Assembly: GCF_021869535.1 (NCBI RefSeq)
Contig: NW_026262690.1
Coordinates: forward strand, 61,876,001 to 61,940,000
DNA length: 64,000 nt
DNA from: Mytilus californianus
Lineage: Eukaryota
Direction of reading: 5' to 3'
The translations under genes and the position numbers were made by a program. Under the pieces are notes generated by a model. It did not search any database. It was not told where the DNA came from and saw only the letters and a list, made by a program, of their open reading frames with translations. This document shows positions 26,058-41,305 of the stretch, one piece after another; position 1 is the first letter of the stretch; each line of letters opens with the position of its first letter.

Positions 26058-27879
26058 TTAATTCGTTGACCCGATATATTACATTGACAGAGAAATAAAA
26101 TATTACCAGCGAAAGCATTAGTCAAATATTGCCGGTACACAAAGTGAATAGAACACTAAAACCAAACGAAACTAAGTGTTCTAAATTTTTCCAGTTCATT
26201 TAATATGCTAACCAAATATTTCAATGACTCTATTTCACAAGAAGTGGGAGCGAAAAGGAAAACGTCATAACATATGACAACTCTACGACTGACACTCTCC
26301 ATCCGATAATCAATGGCTATACAGGACTAACACCACAAATAACATACCTCTTCTCAAATTCAGACCCAACAATCCTGGGTCTGCTTTGCGGTAACAAATT
26401 ATCAGATGGAAAATTTACGTCGTATATGACACAAGTATATCTATTTATAGGTTTGAACGTTGTTTTCAATTTAGACTTGTATATATTTATTCAAATAGAT
26501 ATACTTATGTCCTTGGAACATTTCGTGTGCTATTAAATTAACTTTAAGTCTCCTATTTCCTGGACAATCGCATCTTCTTTTCGTTTTAGTAACTCTAGAA
26601 TAATTATTGCTTGGATTAAAATGCATCGAAAGAATGCGGTTTGAAAATGTATTCGTGTTTTTCTACTGATACTTTTTAATTTGAGTAAATACCTTTTACC
26701 CTGCTTTAACTATCACGCAGATCATTGCTATTTTTTTAACATTGCATTTATCGTCACCTTCTCCGTTAAGGAAACGTAAAAATCCGTGTCGCCATATTTA
26801 ATGTGAAAACAGTCTTTTAGAAAGTCAATGCACATCTTCGTTATTGTTTACTGCACATTAGTTTGACGATTGCCATATTTCTAGCGTATTTTATTAGCTA
26901 TTTTAATTTCCTGTCCACCTTAAGACAGCATAATAACCAGATATTCCACTGTTTAATATCAGACTTAATAGTTGGTACTTGCCAACAAAAGACATTTGCT
27001 TTTCTCTAATGTTTCCTGGTAGAATGCTTTTCCTGGAGTTCTTTAGTTTATTCTGTCATTGAAGAATACAATAAATAGGCCATTTGTTAGCCATAATTTC
27101 AAATTTAATTGGACATCCACCTGTGAAAACCTGACTTTATACCTTCTTAAATTCAATATAATTGATAAATTAGAATAGGGCGTTAGGATAGCATGGTTAC
27201 TTTAGACTAAATTGTTTTATCGAGCTATGGTGCATTTTTTACAAGTAATAACTATTTACTCAGAGCAAAATGAAATATTATGGCATTCAGTCTCCTTCAC
27301 TTAAGATAAAGTTCATATGGTAAAAAAAGAATTTACACTTTATGTATGATTTTTAATCAAAAACATTCGTTTCCTTTTTTTTCTGTGTGGAGTGGGGTTC
27401 GTAATTATTTTACCGAAAAGAACACGCAACTCTTGAAATCAAAGAGATCGTTACAATAAAATCAAATTGACTCTAAACATCAAAATCATACTGCAGATTT
27501 TGTAAAATTATGATAATTCGACATTTTAATGTAAATTATTTCAACATGCAACAGAGTAAGGGAACAAGAGGAACAATTAAACATAAGGAGAAGACTATAG
27601 GCAATTAGTTTAGATTATTCTTTACGCTCAACTCGAAACTTATTCTATCATTTTCATAAACAAAATCTACTAACAAAATTTACTATTCTTGTATTTTGAA
27701 TGGTACCAATTTTCGTAAATTATGATTTCAGAATATTAATATTGCAAGCGAATATATAATTAATTTTCTTTATATTTATTAACATTTTCAAAATCTTGTA
27801 ACTTATCTTTCACTGTGAAAAAATCATCTTGCGGCCGTAAACTTGAAGAGTCAAGTGGTTTTTGCCATAGAATTGTCAG

Positions 27880-28410
27880 TTCGTTTCCGATTTATGAGTT
27901 GCCTTCAAACTATTTTAACCCCACCACATTCTATATGTGCCTGTCCCAAGTCAGGAGCCTGTAATTGAGTGGTTGTCATTTATTGCTGTTTCTCAAATTT
28001 GTTTTTCGTTTATTGTTTTGTATAGTTTGTTCTTGTATTGTGCCGTTGCGCCACTGTCGCAGGTTAGGGGAAGGGTTTGGCGTCAACAAACTAGTTTAAC
28101 CCCGCCACATTCGGTATAAACCTGTCCCAAGTCAAGAGCCTGTCATTCAGTGGTTGTCGTTTGTTGTTGCTATATATCATATTTGTTTTTCATCATTATT
28201 TTGTACATAAATCAGTCCGTTAGTTTTCTCGTTTGCCGAGTGAATTGTTTTACATTTGTTATTTCTGGGCCTTTTATAGCTGACTATTCGGTATGGGTTT
28301 TAATTATTGTTGAAGGCCGTACGGTGACCTATAGTTGTTAATGTCTGTGTCAGTTGGTCTCTTGTGGAGAGTTGTCTCATTGGCAATCATACCACATCTC
28401 CTTTTTTTTA
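27880..28410 (-). repeat. Family A copy with internal duplication of the CCTGTCCCAAGTCAGGAGCCT module
   Basis: Module at 27940-27960 and 28121-28141; head at 28360-28410. Confidence 0.8.
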
Positions 28411-31400
28411 TATTGACTATCCATTTGTTATCTTCCCCATCTCTATCGCAAAGGTTTAAAATCACACCAGTTCGTTATTTACGTTAATGACACTGCCAAA
28501 ATAAAACCCCAACAGAACAGAAGACATACTTATCTTTGTTGCCCATAACAGCTGCTATGGTAACACCCTTACAGGACATGTGCTAATGTAAAATCCTGGA
28601 CATATAAGTTTTAAAATGACTAAACAGTTGGATCAGTGGCATTTCGACCACTTTTCTTGCGATTATCGTAAGAAAGGACACTAGTTTGTTTACCTCAGTA
28701 ACTATTTACTGATTGAATAGTGTTTTGAAAACACCATTATTTTTTAATTATATATCAAGCGACGTCGTCATATGAGCGAAAACACATTGTCACATTTTCA
28801 TATGTATCGAGAAAAATGCATTAGAAGCTATGTTAAACACTTTAACGTTTGATGGATATCAGTACAAAATACCAAAGGACAAAGATGTGATCACTTACAA
28901 TTACGGCCTTCAATTATGAGCAAAACCTATTCCATATAGTAAGCTTTAAAATGTACTAACTAAAATCGCTTTTAGTATGCTGAACTTCTCTAACCTACCT
29001 AATCACTTTATTGTACTTAGAGTAAAATAAAAACAACGTATGAGTTTTCATTTTTATTTATTTTTTTTATATATTTTTATTATTAACTAGTACGTTTTCT
29101 TGTGTACTTGCAACCACTAGGGTCCTTGCTAAATAGAGAGTTCTTTTTGGAAGGGAGATAATCTAATGTCATACGTTTTTCCACTTTAAAAGACTGAATG
29201 TATTGGTATCTAGTTGATTAATTAAGCACACCCTTTCAATCTGCTGCAGTGAAAAAAAATGTATAAAAGCTTTTTAATTAAATAAACTGCTAGTGTCGTT
29301 TTATCAAATTCAATCAGTTTTGTGACTGAAGACATTCGTATGAATTATTTAGAATCAAACAAATGTAAATTCTCTTTAACCCTGAATAATAGCAAACAAT
29401 GTGAGAAATCTCTTCCTAGTTTTGTGTAAGTCTATGTTTGAGAAATGTCATTGGTAGAAGAAATTGACAGTGTGTAAATTATCATCATCATCATCATTAT
29501 TTACAACTGTAGTTCATGATTCTTGCTAGATAAGTAAACTTGTAAACCCTTTGGAAAAGAAAGGATATTGGATGGTTTTAAATGAAACAACGAACCCATG
29601 AAATATTACTTCGTATAGCCAATAGATCAAAGTATCAACTATGTATCATTATTCTTCTCGTAAATTTTTTCGCAGACAGAGAGTGAGTATTAAGTATTAT
29701 AATATGATATCAAAATAATATTTAATGTATAGATTTTTATGTAAAATAAAATTACAATATTTTCAGATTTCCTTAAAACTAAATAGAAGAGCACGTCTGT
29801 TGAGTCAAATATTACATCTTGATCGATATTACAATACTTTCTCCTTACAGTTTGGTACGCACTAGGGAGGTTACGAGTAAAACGATATTTTAACGCAAGC
29901 AGACGAAAAATAAACATGATGGCGGAAATGGCAAATGCATTCTTAATGTAGGCAACAAAGCTGCAGGAATTAGCCGAAGGGTCACCATTGTTGCTGATAT
30001 ATTTGGTACTATATTATAAACCAGTTATTGCAATTATATTTTTTTGAACTGCTGGCAGTTAATCAGATTGCACTCGAGCTCGTGCAAAGATGTACTGCTA
30101 GGGACATTATTCCTCAATATTAGTACAATACCCGTTAGTATGATATGAGCCGTTCATTTTACAATACGCTGAGCTTTATTTTATTGTATTTGTGCCAGAT
30201 CAAAGTAGCAGCATCCTAACTTGGTTACAGCATCTTGATTTCGAATCGATCACTCTTATCTCTGATTCTTCCCTTTAAAGAAGAAGAACATTACTAGTGT
30301 TTATTTTCATCTGAATATAGGCTGTGCAGTAATCCTGGTAACTCATCTATCTTTGACACACATATTTCGCAACGGTCGATAACTCATGGTAGCGTTTTTT
30401 TAAATTTTGGACGAAATAAATTAATCTTTATCAAAAAGAGGTCTTGTTTAATTAGCTACCTTATACATGCATTCATTTGTTCAATTATTTCCGTAACATT
30501 CTGATTAAGAGAAGCTCGTTTCAAATGACTTTAATGATACACTTTGTTTCACTGTTTATTCAAAATAAACTCAGACGCAGTTAAATATCACTAGACTGTT
30601 ATAAATTTTCACTGATTTTTTTCGGAAATTTCAAAAATCTTTCTGCCAAAAGTGGTATAAATATATTTTGAAATAATGTACATTATTTTTATATGATTTA
30701 AATTCAAAACATATAAGAATCATTTAGCCAACGCAAAGTCACTCCAACTAATACCCACACTTACGTCACCAACCGATATGTTATCAGAATGAAAAAGAAC
30801 GGAAATCTGAATCGTATAATCTGTGTTTTTTTTAATTTTTGTTGTGAATCTTTAGTGTAGGAGTTGTGTACGGAAACAAAAAATAAAGGATAAGTAGAGT
30901 GAAAATTAATATATTTATAATAGTATTGGTCACATGATGTAGTATCGGTCTAATGTTTGTTTACTATAAACACGTGTTTGAGTTTATATCATTTATGATT
31001 GGATGTCATTTTCCCGCTTAATGTGTCGCTCATGAAAATCGTGATTAGCATGATTTAGTATTATTTAAAAAACTTGTTGATTGATTGGTGCTTGTTTAAC
31101 GTACAGTGGCAACTATTTCATGCATGCCAATACACGCAGCAGATCGAAATTGTGTTTCCCTACCGCCCAACCCTATTTGGTTGATAATCGTTTATGTGGG
31201 TAAATATTTATATAACATATAGTAATAATAATAATGATTAAAAGAATGAATCCTTCCTTTACAGATGCCGAACTGCTGTCAGACTCTCCTGGGTGAAGTG
31301 GGAAAGCATAAATATTTTTTCACAGTAACCTTTCCAATGTTGCAACCAATAGTACTAAAAAGAGGAATTGGGATACAAATTAAGCATCATAAAATACATC

Positions 31401-33059
31401 CTTATTTTATGTCCATAATAAGACACATTAATTGGTGTCCTTTACTTAAGACAATTCCTAGGACATGCGATATGTTTGATAAACCAACTAAGGACAATGT
31501 ATGCACTTAGATTGACTTTTGACGCGTCCTAGTTCCAAGACTGATTCGATGAATAGGCCACTGGATTTGCAGTGCATGCCTGAGTCAAGTGAATTGAGAA
31601 TATATATTGTTTGTATTAAAATATATACAAAGTCTGCTACAACACTAGGCACACTTATCCTATACATGTGTTGTTTTATTTAATTAATGAATATTATTCG
31701 TTTTCGCTTGTCGAATTAGAATATAAATACAAAAAATTTGGAGGTGAAAAAAAGAGATTTGGATGATATTCCTATGGACAAATTTTCCGCTGTAAAACAT
31801 ATCTCTACCTTAATTGGCTAAAACAAAAAATGTAGATGCAGATAACCACTATTCCTAGATTTTCGTACTGTCGAATTATATTTTTTTTTATTTGAAAATT
31901 ATAAACCCTTTCTTTAAACATTGATGCCCTCGTAGACTATTATTACACTTTGTAAAATTAAGTGAAGATCAAAGAATGTATGTAGGCGTTTAAGGGCACT
32001 TTAAGTTGTATTCTAAAAACCGGCGGCGGCAAATATTGCACGAACGTAAACTTAAAAACCATTAAGAAGATGCTTAATTACTTGAATTGATTTATTGGTT
32101 CTTTGTCCATTATAAAGTCCCAATATCGGTATAGATACAATTTTCTAGAAATGGTAAATATTTTTCTTCAGTAATCTACGACTGTTTAGCTAAATATGCC
32201 GAAGCAATTCTCAAACATATCTGAAAGCATTTAACGATTTCTTTAATGGAAAAGTGACTTTTGTTGACAAAGTTAGTTAAGCTTGTTTGAAAACAGATTC
32301 GGATGATTCTATAAAGAAACACAGTGTACAATGTCTTCATCAGTCCAATAGTTAGATAAACAAACAATATAATGGAGTATATCGACTGAGTTTAACAAGA
32401 CAAAGACAATTTATTATCTTGACATCTTCAGTACTTAGGACAGAATTCTAATGTTTGTCTTAGACTAATGGTGTAGGACAATAGTTTTTATTCAAAGATT
32501 ATATGCCAAGAACCTTGACAGAAAATTAGAATAATTCTAAAACTCTCGGTAGAAATAACATATTGCTTGCTTTACTTGGTGTTTTATTTTCTGGTTTCAT
32601 CTTGGTTTAGAAATATACGTGTAGAATTATCAATGTTATAAATTTATCAGTTTCAGGGACCTAAGGTTTAGATAGAAAATACAGTCTCTGTCCGAAAAAT
32701 AAATTAAAAAAAATTGGTTTAAGCTATTAAAAATCGAAGCTAATGATATCTCGCTTATTAAATTAAGACAGTAAGAAATGTTTTAAAGTATATATGATAT
32801 TAGGGAAAACAATCTAAATGCATTATTACTTTATTGAGGACTAGGCCTATAGATGTCCATCTGGAGATGCATGAAACGAAAATTGTATGATCTACATTTT
32901 CAAAAAGTCGCTTTTTTTCTAGAATTTATAGTGACATTTAGTATTTTCTAGAATAAGGCAATATGATTAGAAATGGGATCATGTTTTAAAAAAAAACATT
33001 ATCAAGTCAATCATAAATGTAAAAAAGATGTAGAAATTAAAAAAAAGAACAGATAATAG

Positions 33060-33135
33060 ATATAAAAAGATGTGGTATGAGTGCCAATGAGACAACTCTC
33101 CATCCAAGTCAAAATTTATAAAAGTAAACCATTAT
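33060..33135 (+). repeat. Family A head fragment
   Basis: Near-identical to the reverse complement of 4765-4838. Confidence 0.85.
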
Positions 33136-36100
33136 AGATAAGTTTGTAAAGTCTGAGCTCATAGATTAAAAAAAAAAGAGCAAGGGCAGTGTTATTGAAA
33201 GTATCTTAGGATACATATAAGACATTATTCAGGATGGTCTACCAAAATATGCTAGTATATTAATATACGAAATTTAAAAAAAAAAAGTTTTAAGTATACG
33301 TGTTAAAAGGGGATATCGGATTATTTCTATTCTAACAAATAAATAAATAAACTGTTACAAGAATAACAATATTATAAAAGATTACTCTTGATGATATTAA
33401 CAAATAACAAAAATGATTTTATATAATAAACTGAAACTATAGAGAAGATATTAGAGGTAGCAATTGGGATGAAATAGATTTGTATAAACGATTTAACCTT
33501 AGTTTAAAATCACATTTGTCTAGAAAGTCTAACTACGTATAATATCAGCATCGTCAAATAATCTACTAGATTAACTCTGCCCCATAAACACTCTATTTCG
33601 GCATTTTTTTATATTCGTCATCTTATACATATACTCTGTGTTTATGCCAACTTATGACATCTAATATTTTAGGACTGTACTATGTAACCATCTTAACAAA
33701 CTTGTGCAGCTACACTTACCAAAAGTTTATGACATATCTTATCTTAGAGGCTTTCGTTAACCGGACGTTAGCCATGGCTTGTAAGGCATGTCCTCCCAAT
33801 ATGAAATACATCCCTAGAAATACATTCATACCCATATATATTAGATATAAGGTTACCGTAAATATATCTTTTCGGGGGGAGCACAAATTTAATAAAATAA
33901 AATTTTATGCTTTATGTGTTTTTTCGGACATTTTATGCACCTTACAATTTTTTTCTAAGATAAATACCTAAAGACTCAATAAAACATTCTTCATAAATCT
34001 ATTGAAAAAAGTGATTAAAGAGAATAAGCAAACAAAACCTACAAATAAAGAGAGATAATTGGATCATTTATGTTCAGTTTGAGAAATGCACACATATTTA
34101 AGTCAATTCTATAACTGTTTATTTTAGGACACATTTAATCTGGTCCCCGTCCGGTATTTGAATATCTATTCCGAAGGCAGAGGAAACCTACATATAGTCA
34201 AACTGTATCGAGCTTTAACACGATTTCCCAACCAACACCCCTATTTTACTGTATAATGTGTTACTTGAATCGAATTTTAATTGCGCAATTTTAAATTGGT
34301 GGTGGGAAGGGGTTATAAAAAATGACTTCAAGATTGTTTGTCCTAAGAAATTGCTTAAATGAATATTTAAAAAAAATCATTCGTCACATATTGGAAAGAA
34401 GAAGAAAAAAAAGAGAATCTAAAACATTTGAACAATGTATTGATGATTTACTTTTGTAACAGAAGAAATCTTAATTGTTTGGGATGGCTAACAAAAAAAT
34501 GAATGACATTAAAAGAAAGACTACAAATAAGAATCAATTGTACTTCAATCATTCCTTTAAACTGAATGCATAGCCTGACGCCGTGCATCATTCAGTATTT
34601 ACCACTAATATAATAAAACTAAAAGCTGTCCAAGAGCAACGCTTCCGATCTACAGAGGAAAAAAATGTGATCGATCTTGCGGCTTTACAAAAATCATGGA
34701 ATCTCTTTTAAGAAATTTCAATGGAAGGATACATTTCTTTATCAAAATATTAATTCGTGTTTATTTAGCAATTTACTGAATATAAAATCTTAATTAAATT
34801 TCATTAGGACTAACCCTACTTAAATGAACTAATTTAACACTTTCTGTAGGACTAGATTCCAACCTCTTTAGAAAGGAGATAATACAGGCTTTGTCATATT
34901 TGGTTGTTATAGACAAATGCTGAAAAACCTTACAGGTGCCATCAGGTGCAACGCTGACGAATAAAAGAGAAAAATATTGCTTAAAATGATTAGTAAATTT
35001 AATGTATTGTTCAGAAAACAAATCACTGTAAAGAAAAGAAACGGGATGTGACCATGTGTAAAGCGTTCTAGCAGTAGTTCGGTATTTTAAAGTTATGAGC
35101 TTATAAAGAGTCATTTAATCATCTTTCAATTCAAAGTGTATTGCGTCCCTGAAAAAGACATCATATATACATAACCAGTTTCATATGTCAAAAATATCTC
35201 CGATTAGCTCTATCCATCACATTTAAATAAAAACAGCATCTTAGTTAGAAGGCTTATGTAAAGGTAGGTTAAGTAATTGCAAAAATTGGAATAGGGAGGC
35301 TTTGTTATTAATCAATTGAAACATCTGTAATAACCCTTCAAAATAAAAACATCAAGTTGAATGAAGTATTTGCACTTTTATTCTTCTATACAAATCCGCG
35401 GTGATCATTTTTCTGGGACATTTAAGAAATATGACATATTAACATATTAATAAGTCGGTTAAAGAGAAAAATGCGACAATTTCATTGGATATAAAAGGAC
35501 CAAAAGAAACACTAAAACATAGAATTTGTGTCATTTAGATACATGTACGGACTATTGTTTTTCTATTGTTCTTCAGATTTCCGATTGATCTTTTCCCGGA
35601 TATTCTCAAATTTTCCAAAATTTATCTAACGATGCAAATCTGGAACATTGTTTCCTTAGAAAACTATTCAATATTAATAATCTCTAATTGTTACGAGATG
35701 TCTGTTTTTTAGTGAAGTTGAAGTGTCAAAGCCGCCAACATTTCCGATTGAGTCACCAGGTCATGTCAAATTATTCATTCATGAATTTTGAAAATACTAT
35801 TTCCTACAACATAACCTTGATCTTACTATCTTCCTTAAACATAGGAAATTGACAATTAATGGAGGAGTGCATTTGAAAATTAGAGCGCGCATTTTAAAGG
35901 TGAATATTTATTTCAGAAGCGGATAGGAAAGCTGAATGTGCTGAAATCAAAATCCGAAAATAACAGTAAGATCTTATAAATGTACGGGAGGAAACTGCTC
36001 GATAAGTCCATCTTTTGCTCCTTGAATTTGAAAATGACCAATTATTTTAAATAAATCAATTATCCTCCCTCAGATGTTCTCATGATATTATTCTGCCAGA

Positions 36101-36345
36101 TTTCAGTAATCATATCCTTGAAATTTGTCTAACCTATTTACTCTTTGCCTTCAAACCTTGTGCACTTAAGGACAACCGACAAACTGTTAAAAGTGCTTCA
36201 TTTTGAGATTTTTATGTTAGTGAAATAACTTTTTGGGGTAAGATTGTTGCTTATATCAAATTTCACCAAAAAACTACAGGTAAAATGGTCATTTTTGGTC
36301 AAATATGTCAATAATGAAATCACGAAGGTCATTTCCGCACTAGGT

Positions 36346-36347
<2 letters not shown>

Positions 36348-36389
<42 letters not shown>
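36348..36389. repeat. (TA)n microsatellite
   Basis: About 21 TA units. Confidence 0.95.
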
Positions 36390-36391
<2 letters not shown>

Positions 36392-39290
36392 TATATCCTC
36401 ATAATCATTTTTCAATAGAGTAAGCCAAATGTTCGAACGATTGAATTTTTCTGTTATTTTTGCACGGATCTTGTTTTCCTCCTTTCATAATTTATATAAG
36501 ATGATATGTTTAGATAAGGGATTTATATACGAATACGTGTGCAATATACTTATGGCTGATTCATTTCGTTGATTTAAACAAATATCTTTAAACTCAACTA
36601 AAAGAGTCAACCGCATTTGTGTAAGTCGCAATCCCAATCTTCTTGTTCACACGACTCATTGTCAGACATTTACATTTATAAGCAACAACCTTTGTGTCAT
36701 TGAGAGTCCGAGTTTTTAGCGGTATTCGTCATCCTCATTTTTAAATCAATGTGCCCGGCTTTTGTGGACTGTTGTTTATCTTTTCGTCTCTGTTATTCTT
36801 TTCGTTATGATATTTCTGTCTTCTTTGACTTGTTATTTCTACGCCTTGTTTTCTTCTCCATTTTTTTTCTATTTTGTTGTTTTAACCTCCACCTTTTCCC
36901 CTATCCATGTCCCGATTTGGGTAATTCTGGAAAATCACTACATTGTATATAATTATTTCAAAGGGAGTAAAATACGTCTAGTTTTGCAAAAATGTAGCAG
37001 CACGGGTAAATGCACGTTTATTTTTTTACTTATTCCTTTACATGTACCAAACTTTTAGTTCCAAGAAACTCAATAGTCTAGCATGATAGGAATGGCATAT
37101 GACTGATCGAATTCCTGTGTCTGAATAAGATCTCTTCCTTCTGTTCTTTGTTTTAATGTCTGTAAATTTAACATATCAAGTTGAACGTTTTTATTCCACT
37201 CTGTAAATATAATTTAATAGATCTTTTTAACTTCAGCAGGAAATTAAACTAACTAATGAAACGGAGCTATTGATTTCTTATAATATGTCTCCAGTTTACT
37301 TCTTAATTATCAGTTTTGATAAATATTTTATAAATCACAGTAAAAATTCTAGATGAAATTTCAGATAACTATTAGGTAATTTATTGCTTTGATGCTATTT
37401 TATTTTTAATTGGTACTTTATCGGTAAATTATATGGAGGAGAGATTTAAAAATTAGCACATTAAATACTTCCTCTTTTAGTAAATTGGTCGTCATTTATT
37501 TCTTTAATATGTTTGACATGTGTCGATCTTGTTTCAATATGTTGCTAACCATACTTAACGTTTTAAATAAGGTATATAAATCGTTATTAAAAATTTACCA
37601 ACCCTTTATTCTTTTAGCATTTAAGAAAACATCCTCTTTTTAAAAAAATCATACTGTAGTGGCCAAATATGGCAAAAATCGATCAAAGATGAACGTCGTT
37701 AAAGTTGACAAGACGAGTCGCCTTGCTTTACCAGTATATGTGTTTATTTCAGTTCCATCATGCTGTATGCTATGACGAAAAAATATTTACTGAGCTAAAT
37801 AAAACTTTGGTGCTGTCTACAAGCCGCAATAATAAGTACAAACTGCAGACACTAATTCTGTCTCTGAACAGAGAAAACAAACATGTTTTTTTTTTGTTAA
37901 TGATTAAAAAAAAAGACACAAAACAAGAGCTTAAACCCGAAGACACTGTCTAATTGGGTCAAGAACCCCACTCGTCAGAAAAGGGTAAATTCCACTGTTT
38001 GCTAAAAAACGTGAAACATCATGCTGCAACTGTATGTGTAATTAAAGTAAACATAGCAACCTATATAAGAGTGTAGGATGCAACGAAGTTAATGACAGCA
38101 TTCTTTAATACGATTTAAAATATTGTTCATCAACATTTTCTTTTTGTGCAACTTTTATGCTTTTATTTCAGATTTATGTGCTTTTCTGTACCGATTTTTC
38201 TGCGCATTTGGTTAGTCCAATGACCGAGATAAAAGGGGTTGGTTAAGCTTTCAAAGAACTAAGTTAACCCTACAATCTCATGTGACTATGCCAAGTCGGG
38301 ACAAACGTCAGCGGTTGTCTTGTGTCATATATCTTGATGTTTTTTTTATTTGGAGAATTTGGGGTATATGGCATATCTATGATAATTGCTGTTTAAATTC
38401 ATTCATAACATTTCTAGACGATTGAAAGCCTAAGTTAGAGGCTTATAACTATAAAACTTGTTAATTTACTAAATCTAACATGTTTTGTTAATTTTGATGA
38501 AACATTTCTTACTATTTTCTGATAACCTGAAAATTCAACGACGTACCAAAGTCAATGGAGTCAACATTTATTCAAAGACCAAATATTGATTAATTGCTAA
38601 TAGTAAGACCTATCGCACTTGACAAAACTTTCCGTGATATAGATATAAGTGTTGTCTACTTTTGATTTTCTTTGATCTAGACATAAATACATTTTGTACT
38701 TTACAAATTTTACCACGCATATATACATTAATTTATTGAGCAAGATATATAAGCATTTATACTCATATTTGTAATAAATGAATTTGCTAGTATACCGTTG
38801 GCATACTTCTGGTGTACAGTTCTAAGTTTTTTCTGGCGCACAATTATGGCACACAATCGGTACCTCTTATAACAATTCAAATTATAAAAAGATTTTTCGT
38901 GTTTTAAATTTAATCTCGGGTTATATGAAACATACAATAAATCAAATGTAAAGGAGGATGAAATGATTCAGTTGTTTATGAGTTGCCGTCACCAACAACA
39001 GGTCACCATATGGCCTTAATCAATGACCAAACCCATAATGTATATTTTAGTTAACAAAATGTAAAACAATTCAAAAGAGAAAAACATCTGATTAATGATT
39101 AATACAATAACCGAAAAATAGTTACTGATGACAGCTTCCAACGACAACCACTAGATTACAGGCTCCTGAATTGAAAGTTACTTTTAAAAATACTTCTGAG
39201 GGATTTAAAATATATGTGAGTGTTCAAACCCTCCCCTCACTTTGGAGAGTGATGTAATAACACAACAGAAAAACAAAACTGTGTAAAAAT

Positions 39291-39950
39291 TGGTCAGGCT
39301 CAAATGGCTGGGTTAGAGTTCCAAAGATCGGGGTTAAAACAAAAATTGTTAGCATCTTTTGAATTTTTTTACTGAAGACTTAGTTCCTAAGTTATGGACA
39401 AAAAAATATTCAAACAATTTTATAACAGCAGGTGCACAACTTCAATATGTGTGCAATCATTCTGTGAAGCCAGTTTCAAAGATTTGGATTAAAAACTGTA
39501 GCGGGCGTTGATCACTCAAAATTGGCACCGCCTTTATCAAATTTCATGAATAATGACCGAAATTCGGAAAAATAACAAAAAAATCCTTTGACAATTCTCT
39601 AATAGCAGGTGCAAACCTTATGCATGTGTGCAATCTTTCAGTGAAGTTTCACAAATTTTAGTAAAAAAGTGAAGGAGGGGTGATTTCATAAAATAAATAC
39701 CTTCTTCGTAAATTTTTCTGATAAATTACCAAGTTCCAAAGTCTGCAAAAATGGGAACAAATTCCTCAAACTCCATAATAGCAGATGCACAGTTTCATTG
39801 TGTGTTCAATCTTTCTGTGACGTTTCAAGGATTTGGATTGAAAATATAAGAGGAGTTGATTTCAAAAATAAGGAACCCTTTTCCCCGCCTGCCCGCCCGA
39901 CATTATCATATTGTAAGCTGGTTTTGGACTTCGTCCAACCCAGCCAAAAA
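39291..39950 (-). mobile_element. Helentron-associated (HINE/DINE-like) non-autonomous element nested in a family A copy
   Basis: Subterminal inverted repeats TGGCTGGGTT (39305-14) / AACCCAGCCA (39937-46). Terminal hairpin 39917-39944, (CGCC)-type microsatellite near 39884-39898, three ~177-bp core repeats (39427, 39604, 39780). The host repeat resumes across the insertion. Confidence 0.7.
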
Positions 39951-41236
39951 TCAGTTGGAAAAGGCTCGACTCGTCAGATCAGTACTAAGCACAAAAAAAA
40001 ATAACAAAAAGACAAAAGGTGCAAAGTAACGATCTATAAGAGTACATAGCAACAGAAGCTAGACCAAAGCCCAATTTCAACTAATAAATAACTATGTTTC
40101 CAGGACTATGATATCAATTAGTACACATCCATCGGTTTTAAGACGTCTTTAGCAATCTGAGAAAAGCACAAGCTTATGCAATGCCAAAATAAGTCCAGTT
40201 CACTAATTCTAGGAATGAGTTTGCTGCAAATACGTCACATTTATAAGAGTTAATTTAATGATTCGATATCTGAGGGACAATCATTCTTGTAAACGTGAAA
40301 AACCAACTTTATTGTTTCAATTATAAAAAAGTTAAGTTACATCTGTAAGAATAAAAATGCGTATCAAATAGCAATTATCGTGATAACGCTAAAGATGGAA
40401 GAAGGTTTGTTTCGAAAACGCATTATGGCAATTTTGGGACAAGTAATTATGTGGTACCTTACGCCCAGTATTGTACCAACATTTTTTTTCAAAACATGTA
40501 GTGTGTTTTTTCTTTGAATGATGATAGGTCAACCCAATTGAACGCATTACTCACTACGAGGAGGACTTATAGAAAATATGATGTTAAATCCAATTTACTG
40601 GCCGGAGATTCAGACAATCCTTTACTCTAGTCGGGCACGATATCACGATATCACGATATCAACATCAAGTTCATGTCAACACGATTAAATGAAACTAATA
40701 AATAATTCTACATGTTTGCAGAGTCTGCTAGTGCCATGGCCGTCCCTCAATATATCGAAACAAATCATCGTGAAAAAATAAGTAACGGCGATCAAGCATA
40801 TTGCGATCGGATCGTTAAGAAAATATTTTCGAAAAGACACATGCAAGGTCAGAATAATTGAATTATAAGAACAAATATTGGAAAATATAAAAATGTCTGT
40901 CAAAACGGTTCAACATTATGATCAGTATTGGAGTAAAATCAAACTTCAAACATTAGCGTTTTTTACAGTAATGCAAAAGGCCTCATCAACATTTCAATGA
41001 CATACAAAACGTAAACGTAGATTGTTTTCATAATATGAATGATAGAATTACTTTTTTCTAAACAATGTCGCCCTAAAAAGATGCGAAAGATACAAAGGGG
41101 ACATTCAAACCTCACAAGTCAGAGAGAAAATGACAACGTCATAGCACAAAAAACAGAAAGACGACGAAAAGATAAACAAGTCCACATAACAATACAAAGA
41201 AATCTGAAGTTTACTATTTTCACCAGCTCCTAAAGT

Positions 41237-41305
41237 ATCTCGTCCTGAACATTCATGAAATATTTGCCACTGGACATTAAGCAACCAGTAATCAATCAAT
41301 CAATC
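41237..41305 (+). repeat. SINE-like 3' tail ending in (CAAT)n
   Basis: Matches the reverse complement of 14883-14945. Confidence 0.65.

Noticed and set aside
34794-35148. 106-aa ORF downstream of a strong acceptor (35149-50); an alternative frame gives terminal DAIHFELKDD*
   Set aside because: No recognisable domain and no convincing upstream exon; needs RNA-seq or BLASTX.
36720-37195. Purine-rich minus-strand coding-like relic (DFPELPKS...; LNLQTLKQRTEGRDLIQ)
   Set aside because: Multiple stops and only a faint resemblance to LINE C-termini; cannot be supported.
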